DNA of 54,411 nucleotides from an uncultured Alphaproteobacteria bacterium (GCA_947588275.1 CANPYJ010000005.1:1-54411); one strand, 5' to 3'; positions 25,536 to 36,944 are shown, counted from the stretch's first letter. Made by a program: numbers and translations. Notes: generated by a model from the sequence alone, not told the origin.

Positions 25536-28154
25536 ATGAAAACGAAACTTTTATTTACAACGGCTTTGGTTGCGGTTACATTTGCCGGTTCAAACGTATG
25601 CGCTGAGGACGTAGAGACGGAGTATTATAATTCAGAGAAGTCGATTGTCGACAATTACGACAAGCACGTTACAGGTAAGAAAAAAGACCGTATTTTTATC
25701 TCGGGCGAGACTGATATTGAGGGCAATGAAGCTACTTTGGGTTCCTTTGTGACTCTCGGCAAAGACGCCAAGATTAAAGGCGGTGAAGACGGAACAACCA
25801 AGAAATTGACGGTCAAAGGTTATCTGACGGTCGACAAAGACAGCTCAGGTTCCAACGCGGATATCAGCGGAGTTGACCTTTATATGGAAAAAGGTCATTT
25901 TGACCGTGAGGAAAACGCCTATGAGGGCGAACTGGTTCTGGGCGACGATTTAACCGTCGGCAATGTTTATATGGGCGAGGGTACCAATCTCTTTTTGAAC
26001 CAGACTCAAGATGGCAACGAAACCAAATATAAGCTTGAGATTGCCGACGACAAAGAATTTGTGTTTGAAGGCGACAACAAAATATATGGCGGTAAAGAAG
26101 ACGGCACCGGAAGTTTAGTCAAGTCGACCGAGTTGACCTTTGCCGGCAAAGATGAGAGCGAAGGAACAGGCGGTACGGTTGTGAATAAAGGCAAATTGAC
26201 CGCTGAGGGACTTACCATAAATGCCCAAACAGACATTGTCAACGAAAGTGCAGGTTCTATCAGTGCCGGAAGTATTAAAGTCGACAAGGCAACAGTTACA
26301 AACGACGGTGAAATCGAACTTGCCGGCGGATTGGAAACGACAGATGGAGCAACGGTTGTTAACAACAAGGAAATCACCGCCAAAGAGATTAACACCAAAG
26401 GAAAACTTGTCAACAACGGAACGATTACGGCCAATGGCGATAGCGACGGTGAAGGAACAGGAGAAATTCAAGGTTTCGGCACGGTCGTTATGGGCGAAGG
26501 CGCCAAGATTAACGGTAATGTTAATATGGACGACAACAGCAAAGGCAAAGGTACCTTGGAATTTGCCGGCGACAATAGTTTGTCCGCCATTTCCGGTACC
26601 ATAAAGGCACAAGACATCAAAGTTACCAAAGGCACGTTGACTTATGACAAAGAAGCAACCGGAAAGATTACGGTCGGTACAGAGGACACCGCCGCCGGAT
26701 TGGACATTGGTACTCAGGAAGTGAAGAATTATGTCGATTTGAAAAAGGGTTCCAGCCTTACCATTCATGTCGATAGTGGTGATGACGGCAGTGTCAAGAA
26801 CGGCAAGATTAACGGCGGTTCTGGTAAATTGACAGCTGAAGGTGAGAACAGCCTGAAGCTGTTTATTGACGAAGGCGTTGATGCCGGTACGCTGTCAGAA
26901 TTGAATTTGGGCGACAGTGTCGAAGAGGCCTTAAAATCGAGCAGTGACGGAAAGTTAACGCTCGATACCGAGAGCAATATGGTCTACAACATGGAAATTA
27001 CCGAAGACGGCAAAATCAAAGCGATCAAAAACTCAGCCTCGCAAGTGGCGGAGAAGGTTGCCGAGAAAGTCGGCTCGAGCAATGTCGGCGGCGTGGCCGG
27101 CGCGTTTGTCGCAGAGAGTGGGTTGACCGGTGTCGGTGCCGCCATTCACGAGGCTATGTATGAGGCGGCTCAAGACAGCAGCAAAATTGCCATCATCAAA
27201 GAACTGGCCGAAGACGCCGCTCCGTCGGCCGCGCCGGTGGTGCAAACGGTTGAAACCAATCAGCTCGCCCATGCGTATGACGCTGTAAGAGCGCAGTTGA
27301 ACGACAACGGCATCAATACGGCCGCCGTCGGCAAGTCTTCGGAGGGCGGCATAATCGATCGCGCCTCGGTCTGGGTGAAGACTTTGTTTAATAAGTCAAC
27401 CCTCGATGATACCTCCAAGGCCAAAGGTTTTGACGCCGAAACCAAAGGCGTGGCGTTTGGTGCGCAAAAAGAAGTCAGCGATGACGTAACCGCCGGTGTC
27501 GCTTATGCCTATGGCGAAACCGACGTCGACGGATATCGCCGCAGCGTCGATGTCGATTCGCACACCTTTATGCTTTATGGCAAATATCAGCCGAGCAATT
27601 GGTATGTCGACGGCATCGCTTCTTATGGCATGTCTGCTTATAAGGAACACAGAGCGACGAGAGTCGGCCGTGTCGACGGCAAATATGACGCCGATGTCTA
27701 CGGCTTGCAGGCGATGACCGGATATGAAACCGGCGTTGCCGATGTCAACGTTGCTCCGGAAGCCGGATTGCGCTATGCCCGTATCAATCAGGAAAGCTAC
27801 ACCGACGGCGCCGGACAGCATGTCAAAGCTAAAGATCAGGATATCCTGACCGCGGTTGCCGGTGTGAAGGCCGGTAAAGACGTGGCGCTCGACAATGGTA
27901 TGAAACTGCGCCCGGAAGCTCGTCTGGCCATGACTTATGATTTGGCTGACGGCGACAACAGCGCGGTTGTCAACCTCGGCAGCAGCTCTTATCGCATCGA
28001 GGGCGAGGAGCTGGAGCGCTTCGGCGTCGAGGCCGGTCTTGGTTTGACGGCTTCGATTAACGACAGCTGGGATATTACTGCTGGTTATGAAGGCAGATTC
28101 CGCAAAGACTTTGAAGATCATGCCGGCCTTATCTCGGCCAAGTATAAATTCTAG
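25536..28154 (+). CDS. Autotransporter (type Va) surface protein
   Basis: Signal peptide, G/T/D/E-rich beta-helical-type passenger, C-terminal beta-barrel ending in YKF. Confidence 0.9.
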   Translation: MKTKLLFTTALVAVTFAGSNVCAEDVETEYYNSEKSIVDNYDKHVTGKKKDRIFISGETDIEGNEATLGSFVTLGKDAKIKGGEDGTTKKLTVKGYLTVDKDSSGSNADISGVDLYMEKGHFDREENAYEGELVLGDDLTVGNVYMGEGTNLFLNQTQDGNETKYKLEIADDKEFVFEGDNKIYGGKEDGTGSLVKSTELTFAGKDESEGTGGTVVNKGKLTAEGLTINAQTDIVNESAGSISAGSIKVDKATVTNDGEIELAGGLETTDGATVVNNKEITAKEINTKGKLVNNGTITANGDSDGEGTGEIQGFGTVVMGEGAKINGNVNMDDNSKGKGTLEFAGDNSLSAISGTIKAQDIKVTKGTLTYDKEATGKITVGTEDTAAGLDIGTQEVKNYVDLKKGSSLTIHVDSGDDGSVKNGKINGGSGKLTAEGENSLKLFIDEGVDAGTLSELNLGDSVEEALKSSSDGKLTLDTESNMVYNMEITEDGKIKAIKNSASQVAEKVAEKVGSSNVGGVAGAFVAESGLTGVGAAIHEAMYEAAQDSSKIAIIKELAEDAAPSAAPVVQTVETNQLAHAYDAVRAQLNDNGINTAAVGKSSEGGIIDRASVWVKTLFNKSTLDDTSKAKGFDAETKGVAFGAQKEVSDDVTAGVAYAYGETDVDGYRRSVDVDSHTFMLYGKYQPSNWYVDGIASYGMSAYKEHRATRVGRVDGKYDADVYGLQAMTGYETGVADVNVAPEAGLRYARINQESYTDGAGQHVKAKDQDILTAVAGVKAGKDVALDNGMKLRPEARLAMTYDLADGDNSAVVNLGSSSYRIEGEELERFGVEAGLGLTASINDSWDITAGYEGRFRKDFEDHAGLISAKYKF

Positions 28155-28175
28155 GTCTTTGTTAGTTCTCTCCTT

Positions 28176-28211
28176 AAAATGTTCGGCAGCGCAAGCTGCC
28201 GGACGTTTTTT
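28176..28211 (+). terminator. Rho-independent terminator
   Basis: gttcggcagc-gcaa-gctgccggac-gtttttt. Confidence 0.75.
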
Positions 28212-28284
28212 GCCGATGCTTGAAAAGCCGCGGCGGCAGGTTATATTATGCCTGATCGGTTTATCTTTTGCGGGAGAATATCTT

Positions 28285-28983
28285 ATGACAAAGCAATCTG
28301 CAACCCTCACAACCACCATTCCGGTTTTGGGCGAAGACGCGCCGGCTTTTGTGGCTCAGACAACCGGCGGAACAATCAGGTTTCCGCAAGACTACAAGGG
28401 CAAATGGGTTATCTTGTTTTCGCATCCGGCCGATTTTACGCCGGTCTGCACCTCGGAAATCGCCGCCTTTGCCGCAATGCAGGACGAGTTTGCCGCTCTC
28501 GGCGCCGAGCTTATCGGCTTGTCGGTGGACAGCAGCAGCGCCCATGTGGCCTGGCTGAAGGAAATTGAGGACAAAATCCGCTTCGGCGCCTATAACGGCC
28601 AGCCTATACGGTTTCCGATTATTGCCGACGTCAAAATGGACGTGGCCAAACAATACGGTATGATCCAGCCCTCCATGAGCGATACCAAAACCGTGCGCGC
28701 CGTGTTTATTATCGATCCCAAGGCCAAAATCCGCACCATTTTGTATTATCCGCAAAGCACCGGTCGCAATTTTGCCGAAATCAAGCGTATCGTTCAGGCT
28801 CTGCAACTGACCGATGTCTATGGCGTCGCCACGCCCGCCGACTGGCAGCCCGGCGCCGACGTTTTGGTGGCCGCGCCGGCCGACATGCAAGAGCTTAAGC
28901 AGCGTATGGCCGACAAAGACAAACTCGATTGTCAGGATTGGTTCTTTTGCACGCGCCGCAGTCCGGAATATTTGAACAGCTGA
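28285..28983 (+). CDS. Peroxiredoxin (Prx6-type)
   Basis: FSHPADFTPVCTSE, GRNFAEI and TPADW motifs; start MTKQS after GGGAG. Confidence 0.92.
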   Translation: MTKQSATLTTTIPVLGEDAPAFVAQTTGGTIRFPQDYKGKWVILFSHPADFTPVCTSEIAAFAAMQDEFAALGAELIGLSVDSSSAHVAWLKEIEDKIRFGAYNGQPIRFPIIADVKMDVAKQYGMIQPSMSDTKTVRAVFIIDPKAKIRTILYYPQSTGRNFAEIKRIVQALQLTDVYGVATPADWQPGADVLVAAPADMQELKQRMADKDKLDCQDWFFCTRRSPEYLNS

Positions 28984-29054
28984 AAAATAAAAACTTTCAA
29001 ATTTGCACAAATGGTTTATAATGCAGGCAAACAATCATTCGGGAGTTTGTCAAA

Positions 29055-30065
29055 ATGCAAAATATCGTTCCGCCGTCGCTCAAAAACGGCGATATAATCA
29101 GAGTCGTCGCCCCCTCTACCGGACTTAAAATCATCGGCGCCGACTTGCGCGCACTGGCGCAGGAGCGCTTTGCTCAAATGGGGCTCAAAGTTACTTTCGG
29201 CGCCCATACCACCGACGAAAATTTTGATTTGTTCGGCTCGTCGCCGTGGCGGCAACGTGCCGATGACCTCAATGCCGCTTTTGCCGATCCGGAAGTCAAA
29301 GCGGTTTTTACCATTTTGGGCGGGTTTAACTCAAATCAACTTTTGCCTTTTTTGGATTATGATCTTATTCGGCGCAATCCCAAAATTATCTGCGGCTTTT
29401 CAGACATCACCGCGCTTCTCAACGGCATCTATGCCAAAACCGGACTGGTTACCTTTTTGGGGCCTCACTACAGCTCGTTTGGCATGAAATACGGGTTTGA
29501 ATATACCTGGGAATCCATGCGCCAAATGTTGCTCGGCAGCGGGCAGGCCACCCTCAGGCCGGCGCCGGAGTGGAGCGACGATTTGTGGTTTGTCAATCAA
29601 GAGGCTCGCCAGTTTATCAAAAACGAAGGCTGGTGGATTTTGGCCGCCGGCAATGCCTCCGGCCGTCTGGTCGGCGGCAATCTCGGCACGCTCATGCTGC
29701 TTAGCGGAACTCCTTATTGGCCGGGGTTTGCCAAAGATACCATCCTGTTGGCGGAAGATTGCGATCCTACCGGCGACGCCAAAATGTTTTTGCGCAATCT
29801 TCAGTCTGTCGCGCAGCAGCCTGACTTCGGCAATGTCAAAGCTTTGCTCATCGGTCGTTTTCAAAAAGCCTTGTCAGTGTCAAGAGAACAACTCGAATAC
29901 ATCATATCCGGCATCCCTCAGCTGGCGCGCATACCGGTTGTCGCCAATCTTGATTTCGGTCACACAACACCGATGTTGACACTGCCTATCGGCGGTTGCG
30001 CCAAAATCGCGTCCGACGGACGGCTGATACGGGTTTCGCGGGATGAAAGTGCCCTCACGGACTAA
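29055..30065 (+). CDS. S66 family LD-carboxypeptidase/MccF-like peptidase
   Basis: GFSDIT, GGNL and DFGHT motifs. Confidence 0.9.
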   Translation: MQNIVPPSLKNGDIIRVVAPSTGLKIIGADLRALAQERFAQMGLKVTFGAHTTDENFDLFGSSPWRQRADDLNAAFADPEVKAVFTILGGFNSNQLLPFLDYDLIRRNPKIICGFSDITALLNGIYAKTGLVTFLGPHYSSFGMKYGFEYTWESMRQMLLGSGQATLRPAPEWSDDLWFVNQEARQFIKNEGWWILAAGNASGRLVGGNLGTLMLLSGTPYWPGFAKDTILLAEDCDPTGDAKMFLRNLQSVAQQPDFGNVKALLIGRFQKALSVSREQLEYIISGIPQLARIPVVANLDFGHTTPMLTLPIGGCAKIASDGRLIRVSRDESALTD

Positions 30066-30111
30066 ATGTGCGCAAATTTTTTTATTTGACGCTGGTTTTA
30101 TAAAAGAAAAA

Positions 30112-30744
30112 ATGCCGAATTTTGACTTTGAACAACAATATGACGGGCCGGTGGTCGGCATAGATGAAGCCGGCCGCGGGCCATGGGCGGGACCGGTGGT
30201 GGCCGGCGCGGTCATCGTGTCGGATAAAAATCTCGGCGATTTTTTGCTGAACGGGCTTGATGATTCCAAAAAGCTCACGCCCAAAAAGCGCGAAACTTTG
30301 TACGAGGCGTTGTTTGAGGCCGAAAAGGCCGGCAAGCTCTGCATCGGAATCGGGCAGGCCAGCGCCGCCGAAATCGACCGCCGCAATATTTTGCAGGCCA
30401 CCTTTTTGGCTATGAACCGTGCCGTCGCCGCACTCAAAATTCGGCCGGCGCAGGCGCTGGTGGACGGCAACCGGATCCCCGTCGGGATTGCTTGCCCGTG
30501 TCAGACCATTGTCAAGGGCGACGCGCGCAGTTATTCGATTGCCGCCGCCTCGATTGTCGCCAAAGTTTATCGTGACCGCCTGATGACCGATTTGGCGCGC
30601 CGGTATCCGTATTATGGTTTTGAAAAAAACGCCGGATACGGCACCGCGGCGCATGTCGCCGGCCTTAAGGCTTATGGCATCATCGAAGGCCAACATCGCA
30701 AATCTTACAAACCCATACGCGAGATTTTGGAGAAGGCCGGATAA
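30112..30744 (+). CDS. rnhB: Ribonuclease HII
   Basis: GIDEAGRGPWAGPV, LDDSKKL and IAAASIVAKV. Confidence 0.95.
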   Translation: MPNFDFEQQYDGPVVGIDEAGRGPWAGPVVAGAVIVSDKNLGDFLLNGLDDSKKLTPKKRETLYEALFEAEKAGKLCIGIGQASAAEIDRRNILQATFLAMNRAVAALKIRPAQALVDGNRIPVGIACPCQTIVKGDARSYSIAAASIVAKVYRDRLMTDLARRYPYYGFEKNAGYGTAAHVAGLKAYGIIEGQHRKSYKPIREILEKAG

Positions 30745-30769
30745 TTTAAATTTTTGCTCATGTTAATAA

Positions 30770-31924
<1,155 letters not shown>

Positions 31925-31978
31925 CCGACAGGGCAATCGTTTTTATTTTTGAGTCGGCGGGTTTCCGGTCAAAAACTT

Positions 31979-33952
31979 TTATCTTTGATTGCGGCTTTGG
32001 TTTCGCACAAGTTTGGTTTTTAGGCGCGCAACAGTGTTTGAAGCCATAATTTGCCACATTTTGGCGCCGTTTTCTCTTAATTGTTCAAAGCATCTTTGCG
32101 CGGTTTTGTTGGGGCCGCATACAAGCTCTTTCGTCGAAGGCAGAGGGGTGTCGGAATCGTGGATTGAATGTTTTACTCCGTTGACAATGGCGTTGCCGAT
32201 AAATATCGTAAGAGCTTGTCCTTCGGTGCTCAAACCTTGTTGATTATAGTCATATCCGATGAAATTGTGCTGATCTACCCCGTCACCCATGGACGGCACC
32301 AAAAGTAATTCGCCTCGTTTGCCCGGAAAATAACCAAACAAAACATTGCTGTTTATGCTCATCCGGCGGATTTCCGTTTCAAAATTATTGTAATGTGATA
32401 CTTCGTCATCTTTGACCGATGCAAAAGAAATCATGGTCGATTTTGAGACGCCGAGCGGAGCATAGGGAGACTGGGCAATGCATAGCAGCTGCCGCTGAAT
32501 TTTGGCGCGGTCTTGCGCTGAGTAGCCGAGTTCGGCCATTTTTTGCTGCATTTTTTCTTCTAGTTTTAAGAATGTATAAGCCCCGTGACAGTGTGCCACG
32601 ATGTTGAGTTTGCGTATATTGCGGCAGGCTTTGTCGGTTGAAAGCTTTTGGCCGTTTTGGTCGCTTATTCTGGGCAGAAAGGCTTGCTTAAACAATTGAT
32701 CTATATAACGCGGGTGCAACGTATCTTCATTCAGCGTTTGGGAGATTTTTATGTTGCGATGATAGTCTTGCATTAATTTGGTGCGGGCCAAATTTCCGTT
32801 GAATACCAAAAATCTGTCGTCCCATGCGCCAAAATTGTAAACGGGAGCATAAAGAGAAACTTTGGAAAGATCTTCCGGTGACAGATTGTTTTCCAAAAGT
32901 TTTTGCGTGCTTGAAAGGTAGCCGTTGGCTTGCTTGTCGGTTTGAGTGCCATCTCCGCCCAAATATAAAATGCATATTTCTTCCGGCTGTATGGAGTCGA
33001 TTTTTTTGAATCCAAAAGGATTGTTTTCTGTTTTGCCGACACGCTGACCGAGCGATATGCTCGATTTTAATTCTTCGATTTTACCCTGCATGCGATATGC
33101 CGTTTTTTTTGAGGAGTCATTATTTTGTATGTTTTGTAATCCTCGTTCAAACAGTTTATTTATCTCTTCCCAACGATTTTGAGAAATTTTGCTGATTTGG
33201 CCTAAGGCTTCGTAAGCTTTTGTCAAATCTGAGGCGTCTTGCCGAACGTCTGTTATTTTGGCGCCGATAATTTGCAAAATTTGGGGAATTTTGCTTTCAT
33301 CGGCGGTTGCGACTGCAGTCAAATTGGCGTATAAAGAGCCATAGTTCGCATCTTGACATATCGTATCCCATAACTTTTCTCTGACTGCGGGTTTTTGGGC
33401 ATACAATTGACCATATTTGGCAATAATTTTTTCCCAAAAAGACGGGTACGATTTTTGGGCGTTTACTTGATCAATCATTTTCGGAAGTTCGTCGTCGGTC
33501 GCGAAAGAGAGATAACCTGTCACGGCAGATGAAAGCTTCCAAAAATCATTGTCGTCCGCTGTCGACACTTGGGACAGTAAGCAGTTAAAACAAATTTCGA
33601 CAGCTGCCGGAGCTTGGGAGGCAATGTTACAATCTTTCAGAATATTGTCCAAATTTTTATTGTTCAAAGTATCAACAATCTTTTTAATTTGGCTTTTTGA
33701 TGATTTTTTGAATATGGCAGCAAAAACTTTGGTATTGAAAGGTCTTAAATCGGAAATTTTTGTGGTCATTTCCGCCAAACGATAAGCCTCAGGCAATAAT
33801 GGTGCCGAATTGGTCGAATTTTCAACTTTTTCCAACAGTTTTGTGAACTGCTCGGCCATGGCGTCAAACGATTGAGCCGAGAGATCTTCCGGCATAAGAG
33901 GGGTTTTATCTTGAATTTTAGAAAATTTGTTCATTGTTTTCTGCTTTGTCAT
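31979..33952 (-). CDS. Hypothetical protein: helical N-terminus, alpha/beta-hydrolase-like C-terminus
   Basis: 657-aa ORF; YLGGDG and IVAHCHGA (nucleophile-elbow-like). Confidence 0.6.
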   Translation of the reverse strand: MTKQKTMNKFSKIQDKTPLMPEDLSAQSFDAMAEQFTKLLEKVENSTNSAPLLPEAYRLAEMTTKISDLRPFNTKVFAAIFKKSSKSQIKKIVDTLNNKNLDNILKDCNIASQAPAAVEICFNCLLSQVSTADDNDFWKLSSAVTGYLSFATDDELPKMIDQVNAQKSYPSFWEKIIAKYGQLYAQKPAVREKLWDTICQDANYGSLYANLTAVATADESKIPQILQIIGAKITDVRQDASDLTKAYEALGQISKISQNRWEEINKLFERGLQNIQNNDSSKKTAYRMQGKIEELKSSISLGQRVGKTENNPFGFKKIDSIQPEEICILYLGGDGTQTDKQANGYLSSTQKLLENNLSPEDLSKVSLYAPVYNFGAWDDRFLVFNGNLARTKLMQDYHRNIKISQTLNEDTLHPRYIDQLFKQAFLPRISDQNGQKLSTDKACRNIRKLNIVAHCHGAYTFLKLEEKMQQKMAELGYSAQDRAKIQRQLLCIAQSPYAPLGVSKSTMISFASVKDDEVSHYNNFETEIRRMSINSNVLFGYFPGKRGELLLVPSMGDGVDQHNFIGYDYNQQGLSTEGQALTIFIGNAIVNGVKHSIHDSDTPLPSTKELVCGPNKTAQRCFEQLRENGAKMWQIMASNTVARLKTKLVRNQSRNQR

Positions 33953-34073
33953 TCAATCTATATTTTCTACCAGTATTTCATATTATGGACAAAAAAGCAA
34001 GTTTTTTCGCCGATTTTTTGCAATGACAATTTTTATTCTGTATCAAGGCGTCCCTTTTTTGTCATTGTGTGCC

Positions 34074-34311
34074 CTTTTTTGTCATTGCGAGCGGAGCGAA
34101 GCAATCTATCTTAAGGAATCGGGCAACATAGACAGAGGCCGGAATTACAGTCTGAATAAAAATGGATTGCTTCGGACGCAATCATCCTCGCAATGACGTG
34201 GGGTTGAGGGATGTCATTACGAGCTTTTTTGTCATTGCGAGCGTAGCGAAGCAATCTATCTTAAGGAATCGGGCAACATAGACAGAGGCCGGAATTATAG
34301 TCTGAATAAAA
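34074..34311. repeat. Tandem 88-bp direct repeat (34074-34161, 34224-34311) built on a GTCATTGCGAG...GAAGCAATC / GATTGCTTCG...CTCGCAATGAC palindromic element
   Basis: Two mismatches between the copies; the first copy is closed by an inverted arm at 34164-34197; REP/RPE-like. Confidence 0.8.
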
Positions 34312-34318
34312 TCTGATA

Positions 34319-35200
34319 TCAAAAATAGTTACTAACTGTCTGGTCTTCTTTGCAGGTCGCCTTGCCTCTCTCATAACATGTAATTTTGGGCTCACCTTTA
34401 CATTGGGAACCTGTGCATGTGCCGGTTACCGATTGTCCCCAATAGCGGACATTGGCATTAATGGCTTCCATATTGACATTGCAATACACATTGCTCGACG
34501 AGGAACTATGTATTTGTTCACACGTGAAGAAAATGTCATTGTTTGTTATTTTTTCTTCATCACCTTGAAAATGTATCGACAAAGTGTTTGAGGGAGTATG
34601 GTCAACTTTAATATGCGTGTTGCCCCGAAACATTGCCGACCAACCACCGCTACTTGCAGCCTCTTCTATTGATACGTCGCAGTTGAAAGTGTTGCTGCCG
34701 CCTTTCATTATGACACTTCCCTTGACCACCAGCTTGGCGCGGCCTTTCATCTCGGACTCACATTTGGGGAACTGTTTGCCGGCATCATAAAATATGGTAT
34801 TGTTCAAGGTTAATGAACCCGTGGATTTGGTAACTGTGCCGAACAGACAAATCTTCTGGTTTGATAAATCACCGGAAATTGAGGCGCCGTTATTGTAACG
34901 TTTGCAGTTTGCTGTTCTTAAGAGGTCATCGCAGGTTTCAGATGCGGCTTCATCTCCGCTGACACGGTATTTTTCCACACAAGTTTTGCCGGCTGGACAG
35001 GAATCCAAGAGCTTTGGCGCAACATGAGCGCAGATTTTATAATTGATGTCAAAGGGGCAGTAAATATAGTTTTCGCAATCCGGAACATCGGCCGTGCTGT
35101 AACCCAGATTTGCGCAGTCGCCGCTGATGCAATTGGCCCAAGCCGACGCCGTGAACATTGTTCCGATACCCAACGCCGCCGCAAACGATAACTTTTTCAT
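34319..35200 (-). CDS. Secreted cysteine-rich hypothetical protein
   Basis: Signal peptide (…ASAWA), CANLGY...CPFD..YKIC motif, many Cys; GGAGG SD. Confidence 0.75.
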   Translation of the reverse strand: MKKLSFAAALGIGTMFTASAWANCISGDCANLGYSTADVPDCENYIYCPFDINYKICAHVAPKLLDSCPAGKTCVEKYRVSGDEAASETCDDLLRTANCKRYNNGASISGDLSNQKICLFGTVTKSTGSLTLNNTIFYDAGKQFPKCESEMKGRAKLVVKGSVIMKGGSNTFNCDVSIEEAASSGGWSAMFRGNTHIKVDHTPSNTLSIHFQGDEEKITNNDIFFTCEQIHSSSSSNVYCNVNMEAINANVRYWGQSVTGTCTGSQCKGEPKITCYERGKATCKEDQTVSNYF

Positions 35201-35314
35201 TCCTGCCTCCGTAAAAGACTTTTCTTTTATTTTAGCAGGATACCATGCATATGTCAATTATTTATTTTACGTGACAGACAAAAAACGTTCCTCCGGATTA
35301 TTCCGTGGATCGAA

Positions 35315-35647
35315 TCAGTCGGTATATCGGTATTGTTCACCGGCGTTTTTGCGATAGATATACGATATGATTTCTGCCACCGCGGCAAACGCCTCAATCG
35401 GGATTTCCTCGTTAATGTCTACCGCTTTCAAAATTTGCAGCAAGTCGGCATCCTGACGAATCTCAATGTCATTTTCCTGCGCTATCTCAATGATTTTGGC
35501 GGCAATTTCCCCTTGTCCTTTGGCGGTGACAATCGGCGCGTTGTTTTTTTCCATGTCATATTGCAGCGCTACCGCATAATCGGTTGTGGAAAAATCAGGG
35601 TCCGCATTGTTTTTTGGCGTATTTCTGCTATCATTACTATCAGGCAT
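35315..35647 (-). CDS. FlhB C-terminal-like (EscU/YscU/HrcU family) export switch protein
   Basis: AVALQY...APIVTAKGQGEIA..I...EIP.EAF.AVAEII. Confidence 0.88.
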   Translation of the reverse strand: MPDSNDSRNTPKNNADPDFSTTDYAVALQYDMEKNNAPIVTAKGQGEIAAKIIEIAQENDIEIRQDADLLQILKAVDINEEIPIEAFAAVAEIISYIYRKNAGEQYRYTD

Positions 35648-35715
35648 TTGCCGCTTGCTCCGTGAAAACCTGTTTATTAATCTAATGCGGTTGCACGCAA
35701 AAGGCAAGCGCTTTT

Positions 35716-35731
35716 TGGCACGCGGTTTGCA
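35716..35731 (+). promoter_or_regulatory. sigma54 (-24/-12) promoter of flgBC-fliE
   Basis: TGGCAC-gcggt-TTGCA, ~45 nt upstream of flgB. Confidence 0.75.
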
Positions 35732-35776
35732 TCTTGTTGCGCAAGGGGATGCGCAACCTTTGATTGGGGAAGTTTG

Positions 35777-36181
35777 ATGGATCTGAAGAATTTGACTGTT
35801 TTTAATATGATTGACCGCAATATCGAGTATTTGGCGGCCAAACAGCAGGTTATTGCCGGCAATATCGCCAATGCCACTACTCCGGGGTATCTGCCTAAAG
35901 AAATCGAAAAGCCTGCGTTTGAGCAAGAAGTCGGCATCGCCGGTATGACGCTTGCGCGCACCAATGCCAAACATCTGTCCGGTGTCGCCAAAGACAAAAA
36001 CGCTTATCACGTCTATACGCCCAAGCCAACGCAAGCCCTGACAATTGACGGCAACGGCGTTATCTTGGAGCAGCAGATGAACGAGGCCAGCAAAACCAGC
36101 AGCGAATATCGCCGAATGATTAGTATCTATAACAAATATAAGTCGCTGCTCAGGACAGCCACAACCAAAATCAACAGTTAA
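35777..36181 (+). CDS. flgB: Flagellar basal-body rod protein FlgB
   Basis: QQVIAGNIANATTPGY and DGNGV.LEQQM. Confidence 0.92.
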   Translation: MDLKNLTVFNMIDRNIEYLAAKQQVIAGNIANATTPGYLPKEIEKPAFEQEVGIAGMTLARTNAKHLSGVAKDKNAYHVYTPKPTQALTIDGNGVILEQQMNEASKTSSEYRRMISIYNKYKSLLRTATTKINS

Positions 36182-36194
36182 ACGGGGAAAATGA

Positions 36195-36608
36195 ATGGCA
36201 GGAAATTTGACAGTCAGTGCTGATGTGGCCGCCGCCGGTATGCAGGTTCAGGCGCAACGGCTCAAGGTGATTGCGCAAAATATGGCTAATGCCGATTCCG
36301 TTTCAACAGAGCCGGGCGGCGAGCCTTATCGCCGGCAGGTGGTGAGTTTTGAAAATTATGTTGACAAAGAAACCGGCGCCGAGACCGTGCGCGTGGATAA
36401 AATTGTGCGAGACAATTCGCCGTTTGAAAAAAAATATGCTCCCAATCATCCCGGCGCCGACGCACAGGGCTATGTGTTGATGCCTAACGTGAATCCGCTG
36501 GTCGAAATGATGGACATGAAAGAGGCTCAGCGCGCGTATGACGCCAATTTGAGCATGCTCCGCACGGCGCGTGAAATGAATAATAATCTGCTTGACGTTT
36601 TGGAATAG
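36195..36608 (+). CDS. flgC: Flagellar basal-body rod protein FlgC
   Basis: IAQNMANADS, PYRRQ, HPGAD..GYV.MPNVN and AQRAYDAN. Confidence 0.95.
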   Translation: MAGNLTVSADVAAAGMQVQAQRLKVIAQNMANADSVSTEPGGEPYRRQVVSFENYVDKETGAETVRVDKIVRDNSPFEKKYAPNHPGADAQGYVLMPNVNPLVEMMDMKEAQRAYDANLSMLRTAREMNNNLLDVLE

Positions 36609-36623
36609 AAAGGAAGTTAACCG

Positions 36624-36944
36624 ATGAACAGTATCTCTAACGCCCTAAATGCTTATCAGCAGGCGCTGACCAGAATTCAGGCGCAGGAACATAAGATTAG
36701 CGCCGAGGCCGCCGCGGTCGAGCCCAAGGCCGATTTTGGCGAAATGGTGCGTGGCGCCGTCGGGGAAGCGGCCGATTTGAACAAACAGGCCGAAAATGCG
36801 GTGATAAACGGTATTCAGGGCAAGGCCGACATTCAGGACGTGGTGCTGGCCGTCTCTAACGCCGAGATGGCATTGGAAACGGTGGTCGCCGTGCGCGATA
36901 CGGCCATCCGCGCTTACAACACCATTATGCAAATGCCGATTTAG
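36624..36944 (+). CDS. fliE: Flagellar hook-basal body protein FliE
   Basis: VV.AVSNAE...VAVRD....AY..IMQMPI; follows flgC. Confidence 0.92.
   Translation: MNSISNALNAYQQALTRIQAQEHKISAEAAAVEPKADFGEMVRGAVGEAADLNKQAENAVINGIQGKADIQDVVLAVSNAEMALETVVAVRDTAIRAYNTIMQMPI

Noticed and set aside
28087-28284. N-terminal extensions given by the ORF track (peroxiredoxin; likewise rnhB, the FlhB-like gene, AI-2E, ftsA, ftsZ)
   Set aside because: The extensions overlap neighbouring genes or terminators; downstream ATGs fit SD placement or the family length better.
34074-34311. CRISPR array
   Set aside because: Only two 88-bp copies with the same internal sequence; no unique spacers and no cas genes.
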